A DNA stretch of 64,000 nt from Eledone cirrhosa (taxonomy: Eukaryota), in the NCBI GenBank assembly GCA_964016885.1, contig OZ024745.1:67084001-67148000 (forward strand). The letters are read 5' to 3'. Positions 52,905-64,000 of the stretch are shown here, piece by piece; the first letter of the stretch is position 1, and the number at the start of each line of letters is the position of its first letter. The translations under genes were made by a program, and so were the position numbers. Under the pieces are notes generated by a model. It did not search any database and was not told the origin of the DNA. It worked only from the letters and a program-made list of their open reading frames with translations.

Positions 52905-54225
52905 CATTTTTCGAACAGTTGTGAACACGATTATTTATGTATGAATGAAATCATTATTCAAGATGTCTCACTAGACTATGAGAATCATTTACTTACTTCA
53001 TTTGTGAATCAGCTTATTATTTTACCTTCAGTGGCTTTCTTGTTAGTTAAGCACTAAATGACGAATAGTAAGATTCCTTTGTCGTTTGCTTCACACCGTT
53101 AATTCCAGCGAAGAAATCTTTCAGCTGAAGTGACAGATCAACTTACAAGAATTAACACCTATATCATTCCCGATTGATCAATTGTACTTATAAGGGTCTG
53201 CTTTCGAGAATAAGTTGCATGACGGGTGTTAGATTTGTATCCTATTTGGTAAATATGGACGTGGTAAATACACTGTATCAACTCCCCTATAGAAATATAT
53301 AATTGATATTATCTTCCATTCACTTCTAAAGGTTGTTATTTACTTATATAGTGTATTTTTAATCATTAATTTTAAGAAATTGGGTGAGATTAAATTGAAA
53401 GAAATTGGCTTGAGAGAGACATACAGAAAGACATAAGAATGAAGAGAATAGTTTGGTAGATGGAGACGTAAATGGGAAGAAAGTATGAGTAATCTATATT
53501 TCACTCGTTAAGAGGTAACAGAGCATTTTATATTGAGAATTACTGGGGAAAAAACAACATTACATAAAAGAAACGAACACATAAATTTGTTGAGTTAGCA
53601 GTTATTTCAATATTGCGTTTAATAAAAGTTTATATTTCGTATAATAATAGCTAATGGGTTACGTTAAATGGCAACTAAATATCGCACATCCTGACTGACT
53701 GCTTCTATTGAAAACTAACAACTGAATTCAACAGCAATTTTGCTTATATTGAATTGTTTCTAATTAAGGAATTTTCGTATCTCAAAAAATATATAACTCA
53801 TAAATGTTTTATTCACGTGCTAATTAATTTGCTATTTGTCTCAAACATTTTAAATTTGCTATAGATATCGATTTTCCTTTTATATAGGTAGAACATGTCA
53901 TGAAAGCTGTACTGATATAAGTGAAGGGAAAAACAACAGGCTGAAACTGCCTCAAGTACTCAGTTCACAGATAGTTTAGCTGCACGCTATAACATGTCAA
54001 CGAAACTTGTTTATTTTTATAACAAAGTATTCCCCAAAATTGAGGGGATCGAATCTGAGGAAATAAGGTAGGGATAGAGCTCTTTCTGTTAATTATAATA
54101 GTAGTGTATATCGATGCCTCTCGGTTTTGAAGCATATGTGTTGTCTTGGCTCGTTTCAATAATACAACTCTAGTCGAAAATATTAATATGCTGAATGCGA
54201 ATTATTTTCATCCTCATCATCTTTC

Positions 54226-54261
<36 letters not shown>

Positions 54262-54263
<2 letters not shown>

Positions 54264-57200
54264 GCTGCATTTATCTTGTTTTATGTTCATACGAGTTATC
54301 ACCAAGTCACAACCAGTGACCTCAAGAGACAACAAGGTCCGCCATGTTCAAGAAAGAACATACATACTCACACATGCATCTTTAGTGTTTAGACTTGTGA
54401 TGTACTTATATTGACAGAATCTTCCTTAGTATATGGGCAGTTCCCATTAGTACTATCTTTTGCATTTCTCCTATGCGCGGGTTTCCTGGGATTTGCGATA
54501 AGTAATCATTAGACCCCTTAGGTATCATTCCTAGAGCGCCTACAACCACTAGTATTATTTTAGTTCTCAATTTCCACATTTTTCCAATTTCTATCTCCAG
54601 GTCCTTATACTTGCTCAATTTTTCAAATGTTTTTATAGATACATTCTTGTCTATTGGAACGGACATATCAATTAGCAGGCATACCCTCTTTTTAAAGTCC
54701 TTCAATATTATATCAGGTCTATTTGCATCTATTTTTCGGTCTGTTTGGATGCTAAAGTTCCACAAGATTGAGATGTGATCTTTTTCAAGTATGGGAGGTG
54801 GTTGATGCTCCCACCAATTCTTTTGATGGGGCAGGTCAAAATGCTTACACATTATCCAATGTATGTATTGTGCAGCTCTGTCATGCCTGTTTAGGTATTC
54901 GGTTGAAGCTATAGGACTTCACTTTGAAATTATATGGTCAATGGTCTCTGGTTGTTTTTTACATACACGGCATAATGGGTTGCATCCATTTTTTATTATG
55001 TTGGCTTGGTAATTTTTTGTTGGCAGACACTAATCTTGTGCTGATATAATCAGTCCTTCAGTCTCCGATTTCAGTCCAGAGGATGCCAACCACTGATGGG
55101 TTAAAGTTTTGTCAACATCAGGATTATTAGTTCGTTCTGGGTATTTTCCATACAGATGCTTTTCTTGCCATTTCTTAGCCAGTTTCTGTAGCAGTTCTTT
55201 CTTTGCAGTTACTTTTACCTGCTTCGCTTTTTCAGTGTTTTCCATTTCAGCAGTAATTGGGACTTCTGAAATGTGTGCATCTTTTGTAATGGAGTATGAT
55301 CTTTTGATGCTTTCGTGTTTCAAAACGAGTTTGATCATCCAATCATGTGATTCCCTTAGATATGTAGATAATCCAATTGTTGCAGTTTTCAACGCAATGT
55401 CTAACTGGATTAACCCACGTCCTCCTTCTTTCCTAGGGAGATATATTCTATCTGTATCTGCCTTAGGGTGATGCATTCTGTGCATGGTTAAGAATTTTCG
55501 AATTTTTGTATCGAGCCTACGGATCTCTGTGCTTGACCAGTTGATGACATTGTAACTGTAGGTTACTACTGGTATGGCAAGCGTGTTTATGGCATCGATC
55601 CTATTCCTTGCATTCAATTCCGTTCTTAAGATTGCTCTTACTCTGCGGTAACATTCCTTCCTTATCCTTTCCCTCATTGTCGAGTGCTTGATTCCGTCTC
55701 CTTCACAAACACCTAGATATTTGTAAGTTTCCTCTTGATCAAGTTCTCTTATCACATTCCCCCGATCAAGATTAATGTCTGAACTCTTCAGCAGCTTTCC
55801 TCTGGTGAACGTTGCTTTGGCGCATTTATCTAGTCCAATGTCATCACTGAACTGCTCCACAGTGGATAATAGCCCTTGCAATTGTTCATCATTTTTTGCA
55901 AATAGTTTCAGGTCATCCATGTAAAACAAGTGATTAATGGTTTTATCATAGACTTTATATCCATGTTTTGTTTCATTGAGCATTTTACTTAATGGTATAA
56001 GTGCGATGCAGAATAAAAGCGGTGATAAAGAGTCACCCTGAAAAATTCCACAATTAATATTAACTTCTCCAGCTTCCAGTGATTTTGTTTCACTGTTCAA
56101 AAGGAGTGTCGTTTTCCATGTCTTCATACTGAATGACAAAAACCTCCTGACAACGTGGGATATTTTGAAAATCTCTAAACATTTTTCAATCCAACTGTGT
56201 GGCAAACTATCGAATGCTTTTTTATAATCTATCCAAGCAATTGATAGATTTTTGTGTCTATTATGACAATCTTCCAGTATCATTTTGTTAACCAAAAGCT
56301 GATCCTTACAGCCATATGAGCCTCGTTTACACCCTTTCTGCTCAATGGGAAATAGGTCATTTGTTATCAGGTGGTCATATGTATATTCAGTTAGAACTGC
56401 TGTTAAACTTTTATACATTGTGGTCAAGCAAGTTATCGGTCTGTAATTTTGGGGATTGTTTGTCTCATCATTCTTCGGAAGCAGGAATGTAATGCCGTTA
56501 ACTAGCCATGATGGTATCTTTTCTGGCTCCTTAACTATTTCATTGTAAAGTTGGGCTAACAGCTCATGAGACTCTGTGAAGGCATTTATCAAAAAATTTG
56601 GTATTTTGTCTTTTCCTGGTGATTTCCATTTGCCGGTTTTTCTAAGAGCCAAACGCAACTGTTCAACTGTTATATTTTCCCATATTTGTTCCTCAAGGTG
56701 AGCTGTATCTTTCATTTGTCTGTCTATCCATGGGGCATGTATATTATGAACTTTTTCTTCGGCCCAGATCTTTTCCCAGAATTCTTGCACTTCCTCCTTG
56801 GGTGGTATTGATTTAGCAGTTATTGTTGACTTACCAATTTTTCTGTAGAAGTTTCTTTCATTGTTTTTGAACATATTATTGTCCTTATAGAATCTAGATC
56901 GTTTTTCAAAGCGCCTTATACGAGCAGCTTTGGCCGACACTTTTTGCTTGATTATTTCTATCAGCATGTCTATGTCACTTGTTGATTTTATACTGTACTT
57001 TCTTTTCAATTTTCTAAGTTTAGTTTGTTTAACATGTTCACCTACTTTATAGTTTGTTAAAATTTCTATGTCAGATCGGAGAAGGTTTATTTGGCGCTTG
57101 ATGTTCTCTTGCCAAGTAGATTTCTTGTGGGAATTCCTTTGTTGTTTCATCTTCACTCCACATAAGTGAGTGGTGACTTTAGCCGATGCATAATAGAGAT

Positions 57201-58986
57201 GATTTAAATCAGTAATGTTTAGTTTGTTTGTGATGATAATGTTTTTGAGAATTATGTTAGTCTTGCGTATTATCTTTTGGTTCTGTTTGGAGTTCTGGAA
57301 CTTAAGGAGGACGTCTCGTTGCCCCATGGCAGATTCTTTCATTTTCATCCATTCGATCATAATTTCATCCTTCAAGTTGGCAAGTTCATTCTCATTCATT
57401 TCTTTATCATTTACGATCTCATTATTTTCATTTTAAGTTTCATCTTGAGCATGCACTCCCTCCACTTTTTCGATCCTTTCATTAATTTGTTCTGTTGCCA
57501 GTGATTCCGCCCCAACCCTGAGATTCGCAGTGTTACAATTTACCTCGTTTTCACTGACACATGTTTAATTTTCCCTTCGCTGGCTTTGTGCTAATAGCTT
57601 GATCTGATCAATTTCTATATCAGTTAGTAACTTTTTTTTACAATATTTCTTCGTATATTGGCTAGTTTGTTACTGTCAATATAGCCTCTGTTTTCGGGAT
57701 GTTTCTTTTTCCAGTTGATATATGTCTGTTCTGTATTCGATGTATTTGATGGGTAGTACATGGCAGTGTAGAAAGCCTCAAGGACTTCTTTATTATCTTC
57801 CCTTGACCATTTTTCTCTCTTTTTCTTTGGATTTCTTGGTGGTGAGCATGGAGGGCCAACAGTAGGAGTATTCCGGTTATGGGAGGTCTCCAGCTCCGAA
57901 GTGATGGGAAGGTTTGAACCATTAGCTGATTTTTCGACCCCAGTCTGGTTCCTCTCTGAGGGACGCGGCCCTTTTTGACCCGGGTGACGGCCGATCCGGT
58001 ATGAGATTTTATCATTAGACATTTACTTTATTTTGTCGCGTTTTATCCTTATCCGCCAAGGGGTAATCATTTCGTGTTACCACTTCTAGAACGAGTGTCA
58101 ACCAAGACTAGAGGGGTCGTTCTCCCCTAGAGACACGGCTATTTCCCGCCGGCCGCCATCCCGGTATTTCTTGGTCACGGGGTTTTCTTTTTTGTTGTTT
58201 TTTTAAATTGTTATTATCATGAGTGGTTCCTTAATGTGAGCATTGCGTGGCTTAAGAATGAAATTATTAATAATTGTTTCCACTCCAGGCACAAGGCCAG
58301 CAATTACCCAGTGCATTACAATAATATAATATACTTTTTGCTGAAGTTGCCTGTTATTGTTGTTGGCTATGTCGGTGGTGGTGCTGGGGCTTTTTATATT
58401 GTTGGTGAGGAAGGGGGGAGCCAGCAGTGCCATAGTTGTTGACGTTTGGCCGGTGGCCGGGTCACTAAGTCAATCTATTTATATCTTTTGCTAGCCTCTC
58501 CCTTGTCTAGTGATACCGCCACCTTCCCCTTTCTTAAGTTAACAGAAGGTAATGGGGGATAGTGGTGGTAGCAATGACGGAGTGGTGGCGGCGGTGATGG
58601 GATAGTGGTAGCAATGATGGATAGAGTGGTGGCGGCGGTGGCGTTGTCGTTACTGAGTTTTGTTGAATAGACTAGTTTTGTTTGATCTGTAGTAGCTATG
58701 CGTTTGTGTGGCGTATGTTTAATATATGTGTTGACATATTCACTTAATATTGGAATTAAACATTTTGTTTAAACTTGAGACAATAATAATAGTAATTATT
58801 AATATGATGCTGGGATTGGTGGTGGTGGTGGTGAAATTGCCGTTATCTGGCTGTTATATTTAGTGTACATAGCGGGGTGATGGGATAGGTGGGGTATCTA
58901 GTTTCTGGTGTTGGTGAAATTGCTGTTATTTGGCTGTTCTATATAGTGTAGACAGAGGGGGTTTTCTTCCATTTATAACCATTTTC

Positions 58987-58988
<2 letters not shown>
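54262..58988 (-). mobile_element. R4/Dong-type retrotransposon, family A copy 2 (lacks the outermost ~210 bp of leader)
   Basis: Highly similar to 19253-24042 along its whole length, with (TAA)n at both ends. Confidence 0.94.
54406..58022 (-). pseudogene. Disrupted R4/Dong polyprotein containing a 789-aa open RT stretch (55030-57399)
   Basis: N-terminal piece 57624-58022 ends after a frameshift in an A-run. The RT has YMDD. There is a premature TAG at 55030-55032 and an RLE piece at 54406-54852. Confidence 0.92.
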
Positions 58989-59028
<40 letters not shown>

Positions 59029-59114
59029 GTTATTGTTATTCCTTGAATCTCAGTCATTGATGTTGGTTAACTGAAAAGTCCGTTGGATTGAATATCAAGC
59101 CACTACCTGCAGCC

Positions 59115-61385
59115 TCAGATATTCAGGACGTATCGGAGGGTTCTTGCCGTTCCAAGCAAGCATGCCTTTTGAAGCGTTCCAAAAAGCGTGAAGGGGCCGA
59201 TTTTCTTTAACCATCCCTGGAAACCTTTGGAGATAGTCCCCAGTGCGCCTATGACAATCGGGATCACTTTGACTTCATGGCAGTTCCAAATCCTTTTCAC
59301 CTCCCACTTTAGGTCCTGGTATCGGTTAATTTTCTCCCTCTCCTTCTCTTGCACTCTCGTGTCGAACGGGCAGGCCACATCCACAATCAGGCACGATCTT
59401 TTTTCTTTGTCCACAACCACCAGGTCAGGTCTATTGTGTTCCAGTTTTTTGTCCGTCTGTATCCTAAAATCCCACAGCACCTTCACCTGACTGTTCTCCA
59501 TCACCGCCTCTGGCCTATGCTCATACCATTTCTCAGAATGTGGTAGATTGTTTACTTTGCACAGGTGCCAGTGGATCACCCTGCCCATCACATCGTGTCT
59601 CCAGCCCTTATAGTGGGTCTGGGCTAGGTGTTTACACTCGGACACAATGTGAGCCACAGTCTCCTCTCTCTCTCCACAGATCCTGCACAGTGGGCTAGCC
59701 TCCTCCTTGTAGATATGGTGCTTCAACCACTTCGTTTTGAGGGCCTGCTCCTGCGCAGCCATTAGCATTCCTTCTGTAGCCTTTTTGAGGTCTCCTCTTC
59801 TCAACCAGTTCCATGTCTGTGGATCTCTAAATTCAGTTTTCTCAAAGAAGGTACTATGAAGGGATTTTCCCTTAAGGCTGCTCTTCCTCCTTGATGTTAT
59901 TTCCTCCTTGGATATCCCCTGGCCTACTGTCCCCTCCTTCAGTACAGCTCTGAGCATTGGCTCCTTACTATAGGTCACGTATTTGTATAGGTTGTTTTTC
60001 TCCATCTGAACACAGTCCTCTATGCTGATAAGACCTCTTCCACCCTCAGATCTCCTTAGGTAGAGTCTATCGACATCACTCCTCTTGTGGAACATGTTGT
60101 AGATAGTCAATAGCTTCCTAGTCTTCCTATCCATTTCTTTTTGTTCAGCAACATTCCATCTCAGAATTCCCGCACTGTACCTGATAATAGACACAGCTCG
60201 GGAATTTACTGCGCTTATGGCATTTCTGCTGTTCAGATGTGACTTCAATACGCTCCTTACTCTCCGAATGTATTCAGTTCTTAACAATTCCTTCATTTTT
60301 TTGTTCTTTATGCCATCAGCCTCCAGAACGCCCAAATACTTGTATCCTTCCTCAGAGTCAATTTCCTTTATCATCTCACCTGTTGGTATCTGGATCCCGT
60401 TACTTCTGCTCAACCTACCCCTCCTCATCACAATGACTCCACATTTACCAATACCAAACTGCATACATATATCACTGCTGAAAATACGGACAGTGTCAAC
60501 AAGCACATCCAACTCCTTCTCACTTTTCCCGAAGAGCTTAAGATCGTCCATGAAGAGGAGGTGATTGATGGTAAGCTCTCCCCTTCCCAACTTGTATCCT
60601 GCTCTCACTTTTCGCAGCATAATGGTCAAGGGCATCAGGGCAAGGACAAACAACAGAGGGGACAGGCTATCTCCCTGGAAGATACCTCTCTTGATCTTCA
60701 CGCTTCCCAAGGATACTCCAGTTGATGTCAACTCTGTCTCCCAGGACCCCATACTCCTGCCCAGCAACTGTCTGATGTTATCTGCCACCCTGAAGATCTC
60801 CAGGCTTTTGGTGATCCAGGAATGAGGCACCATGTCAAATGCCTTTCTGTAGTCTATCCATCCCATGGCAAGATCAGTGTGTCTCCTCCTGCAATTCCCC
60901 ATTACCATCTTATCAATAAGCAACTGGTCCTTTGTACCACGTGATTTCTTTCGGCATCCTTTCTGTTCGTCCGGCAACAAGTTGTTTGTGTGGAGGTGAT
61001 GGTAGATTTCCTCAGACACAATGCTCGTCAACAGTTTCCACATTACGGGCAGACATGTGATAGGTCTATAGTTGGTAACATCATTACCCTTGATTCGGTC
61101 TTTCATTATCAGAACTGTGGTACCTTTTGTCAACCACTCTGGCACCTCACCCGACACCAAGCAGTCATTGAACATGGCCGTCAGCTTCGGGTGGAGGGAT
61201 GTTAAATGTTTAATCCAATACCCCTGCACACCATCTGGGCCTGGTGATTTCCAGTTGGTTAGTTTTTTGGCTTGCCCCTTAAGAGTTTCAACTGTGATAC
61301 TCAAATCAGTCTGTTGCTGTTGCCTGCTCACCGATCTCCCTCTGTACTGTCTCAATCCACCCTGCCTGGGCATTGTGTCTAACAT
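59115..61385 (-). CDS. R4/Dong RT + CCHC + RLE (C-terminal part, downstream of the frameshift)
   Basis: WKSPGPDG, YRPITCL, EQKGC, GIFQGDSLSP, HLLFMDDLKL, CRICGEREETVAHIVSEC, RPDLVVVD..IVDV, EKINRYQDL. Confidence 0.9.
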   Translation of the reverse strand: MLDTMPRQGGLRQYRGRSVSRQQQQTDLSITVETLKGQAKKLTNWKSPGPDGVQGYWIKHLTSLHPKLTAMFNDCLVSGEVPEWLTKGTTVLIMKDRIKGNDVTNYRPITCLPVMWKLLTSIVSEEIYHHLHTNNLLPDEQKGCRKKSRGTKDQLLIDKMVMGNCRRRHTDLAMGWIDYRKAFDMVPHSWITKSLEIFRVADNIRQLLGRSMGSWETELTSTGVSLGSVKIKRGIFQGDSLSPLLFVLALMPLTIMLRKVRAGYKLGRGELTINHLLFMDDLKLFGKSEKELDVLVDTVRIFSSDICMQFGIGKCGVIVMRRGRLSRSNGIQIPTGEMIKEIDSEEGYKYLGVLEADGIKNKKMKELLRTEYIRRVRSVLKSHLNSRNAISAVNSRAVSIIRYSAGILRWNVAEQKEMDRKTRKLLTIYNMFHKRSDVDRLYLRRSEGGRGLISIEDCVQMEKNNLYKYVTYSKEPMLRAVLKEGTVGQGISKEEITSRRKSSLKGKSLHSTFFEKTEFRDPQTWNWLRRGDLKKATEGMLMAAQEQALKTKWLKHHIYKEEASPLCRICGEREETVAHIVSECKHLAQTHYKGWRHDVMGRVIHWHLCKVNNLPHSEKWYEHRPEAVMENSQVKVLWDFRIQTDKKLEHNRPDLVVVDKEKRSCLIVDVACPFDTRVQEKEREKINRYQDLKWEVKRIWNCHEVKVIPIVIGALGTISKGFQGWLKKIGPFTLFGTLQKACLLGTARTLRYVLNI

Positions 61386-62508
61386 CCTGCTCCCATATTC
61401 CTCTCCAGAATGTTTTAGCTTGTTCCGCCCCAGGGATCAAGTCGTTGCCTCTTTCTTTCCCCTCAAGCTGTCCAAACAGCATCTTCTGGTTGTTGTCGAA
61501 CATGCGGTTCTGTTTATACTGACTGACTCTGTTCTCGTATCGCCTGATTTTGGCACTCTTTGCTACAATGCGTTGCTTCAATTCCTCTATGATAATATTT
61601 AGCTTTTTACTCCTAGTTTTGTATTTTATTTCCAGTCTATTTTTAGTGCCTATGTTTTTTAGTGTCCCATTCAGTAGTGACTCAAGCTTTCCTATGTCAT
61701 TTCTCATTTCCTCGATTTGCCCACTCAGTCGCTTCTTCCACCACGGCTCTGCTCTTTCTTGTCTATTGTTTCCTCTCGCTTTTATACCAAGTAGTTTCCT
61801 CACCGTATTTGCTGTTGCTTTGAGGATATTGTTGCACTGGTGAAGACTCCTCGCCTCAAGGTATGGGATGACTTTGTTTACCTTAGCTGTTGTTTCTTTT
61901 AACTTTTTCCTGTCTACAAATCTTAGGTTCATAGGTCTCCCACTATCATTGTTCAACTCATCTACCACTAAATTTAGGATGTCAACCGAATCTTGTCCTA
62001 GCCCGTCAGCATTCATCTCCTCAGTGGCCGTATCTCTGTTCCAGGTATTATTTATCTCAGTATTCAGATCATTGTCTGCTTCGGGTGGTTCCTCCGTTCT
62101 CAGGACCTCCTCACCTTCATTTCCCGCCGGCTCGCTTGTCTGGCATACTACACCCGCCATCTCCAAGCCATTCTCTCTGCTCAGTTCCTCCAGTTCCAGC
62201 TCGCTTATCCACCCATTAGTTCTTATTACCCGAGCCTGCCCGGCCAATTTTTGTTCATCTAATTTAAATAAACCAATCTCGTTCCAGATGTTATGCATCC
62301 GTCTCCTGTAGCCCCTCTCCTTGGGGTTACTTTTCAGGTAGCATTGCATAACAGTTCTATTCAATTCTTTCGTCCAGTTGGTTCTGGCCCCTTTCCTTCT
62401 TCTTCTTCCTCCAACATCAGCAGTATTTGGTTGACAGTCAGGTTCCTGCTGCTGAGCCAGGGGGCACCTGTTGGGTGAGAGTCTGTCACATGACGTTCTA
62501 GTCTCCAT
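61306..62508 (-). CDS. R4/Dong N-terminal part (400 aa)
   Basis: WTKELNRTVMQCY..RGYRRRMHNIW, PWWKKRL and LKQRIVAKSAKIRRYE, homologous to family A IKQKVSAKAARIRRFE. Confidence 0.87.
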   Translation of the reverse strand: METRTSCDRLSPNRCPLAQQQEPDCQPNTADVGGRRRRKGARTNWTKELNRTVMQCYLKSNPKERGYRRRMHNIWNEIGLFKLDEQKLAGQARVIRTNGWISELELEELSRENGLEMAGVVCQTSEPAGNEGEEVLRTEEPPEADNDLNTEINNTWNRDTATEEMNADGLGQDSVDILNLVVDELNNDSGRPMNLRFVDRKKLKETTAKVNKVIPYLEARSLHQCNNILKATANTVRKLLGIKARGNNRQERAEPWWKKRLSGQIEEMRNDIGKLESLLNGTLKNIGTKNRLEIKYKTRSKKLNIIIEELKQRIVAKSAKIRRYENRVSQYKQNRMFDNNQKMLFGQLEGKERGNDLIPGAEQAKTFWRGIWEQDVRHNAQAGWIETVQREIGEQATATD

Positions 62509-63081
62509 TTCACCGTTATTCGAACTGTTTATGTTCGATATTTAAACACTCTTATCGAGGATTGGCGAATGTATGTTTACATAGCCATCTGTGGATCCGC
62601 CATCCCACTTGGCCCTTGTGTGGCATTATCACCACGCTGTATACGGACACACATAAACAAACAAACACACGGGCAGAAAGGGCCCCAAAAATGAATAAGC
62701 ATAAGTTTCATTGTAATGTAGTATTCGAATGTCTGACTTAGTTTTTGTTTTTTAAGTTTTACTTTTTCCCCCCTCTTCTCTGTCCGTCCGCCTGCTTCTC
62801 TCTTCATTCTTATTTTCTTTACGTTTTTGGGGTGTCTTTTTTTGTTTTTGTTTTTCTCTGTTTGTTTTTCTCGTTTTTTGCTGTTGTTGCTGTGCTGCTT
62901 TTGTTGTTTGTTTTTTCTTTTTTCTTTTGAGTCTATCTATATATTTTGATGCCTTCCTCTTTGTTAGTAGTAGGAATTCTATAATGTGGAAGTGGCAGCC
63001 AGCAGAGACTGGCGGCGTTGGCGATACTGAGACAGTGGTGGTGGTGATGTCGATACCGAGGCAGTGGTGGCGGTGATGCGA

Positions 63082-63740
63082 CCGTATTACTGTAGTGATG
63101 GTGCTGTAGCGGTGGCAGCAGCAGTGAAGGAGTCAAGGGGTGGTGGCGGCGGTGATGGGATAGTGGTGGTAATGATGGCTGTAGTGAGCGGTGGCGGTGA
63201 AGGTGAAAATGCTGTTGTGTTTAGTGTACACAGATGATGGGGTGGGTGGTGTATCTAGTTTCTGGTGTTGGTGAGTTTCGCTGTCCTATATAGTGTAGCC
63301 AGAGGAGAGGAGGGGGGGGGGGTTCTTCTTCTTCCATTTATAGCCATTTTATTTTTTTTTGGATATACAGTGTACAATACAAAGTTGAATATTTGAATAT
63401 TTGAGCCGTATTACTGTAGTGATGGTGCTGTAGCGGTGGCAGCAGCAGTGAAGGAGTCAAGGGGTGGTGGCGGCGGTGATGGGATAGTGGTGGTAATGAT
63501 GGCCGTAGTGAGCGGTGGCGGTGAAGGTGAAAATGCTGTTGTGTTTAGTGTACACAGATGGTGGGGTGGGTGGTGTATCTAGTTTCTGGTGTTGGTGAGT
63601 TTAGCTGTCCTATATAGTGTAGCCAGAGGAGAGGAGGGGGGGGGGGTTCTTCTTCTTCCATTTATAGCCATTTTTTTTTTTTTTTTTTTTTGGGGATATA
63701 CAGTGTACAATACAAAGTTGAATATTTGAATATTTGAGCC
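63082..63740. repeat. Tandem duplication (about 324-335 bp) inside the family B leader
   Basis: CCGTATTACTGTAGTGATGG starts at both 63082 and 63406, and the copies are near-identical. Confidence 0.9.
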
Positions 63741-63914
63741 TTATAACAATATATTTTGGGTCCGAATTTTTTTGGGGCTCAAGCCGGGTGCTTTACGTAG
63801 CATTTGTACTAAGAGTTGTTATTTCACAAATGATTTAAATATGTTAAAAATTCAAAACTTACGGGAGCGATTTCATGACCTCCGTCACCTCGTGCGTCTT
63901 CTTCCCTTCTTATA

Positions 63915-63989
<75 letters not shown>

Positions 63990-64000
63990 GTTATTACTCT

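Larger units (their letters stand above)
59041..63911 (-). mobile_element. R4/Dong-type retrotransposon, family B, apparently full length
   Basis: Two overlapping ORFs together make one R4 polyprotein. There is a short 3' UTR, a leader of about 1.4 kb and (TAA)n at both ends. Confidence 0.93.

Noticed and set aside
59188-62478. Plus-strand ORFs overlapping the R4 elements (also 20099-20485, 55109-55471, and minus-strand ORFs inside the PLEs)
   Set aside because: They are antisense shadows of the real RT frames.
59041-63911. Family B simply inserted into the leader of family A copy 2
   Set aside because: The leader beyond family B repeats blocks that copy 2 already has (58580-58988) and is diverged from them, so it is not the displaced remainder.

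Overview
This is AT-rich animal genomic DNA. Its SINE types and microsatellite density suggest an octopus or other coleoid cephalopod (inference). I found no recognisable host gene. The window is a mosaic of microsatellites and transposable elements. It holds three minus-strand R4/Dong-type non-LTR retrotransposons (RT + CCHC knuckle + restriction-like endonuclease) in (TAA)n tracts, and several Penelope-like elements (PLEs): one Neptune-type and several that are probably Hydra-clade. It also holds an RTE fragment, tRNA-derived SINEs, non-autonomous Helitrons, a mariner MITE and a 200-N gap. Four non-coding signals stand out. (1) At least six unrelated families of minimal type-I hammerhead ribozyme motifs occur, mostly as tail-to-tail inverted pairs beside (TA)n tracts. 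(2) A 429-bp non-coding tandem repeat carries one hammerhead per unit and looks retrozyme-like. (3) Two R4/Dong families with divergent ORFs share a leader of about 1 kb. (4) A 20-unit (TTAGGG)n array has grown out of a SINE A-box. All folds and alignments were done by eye, so boundaries are approximate and ribozyme activity is untested.
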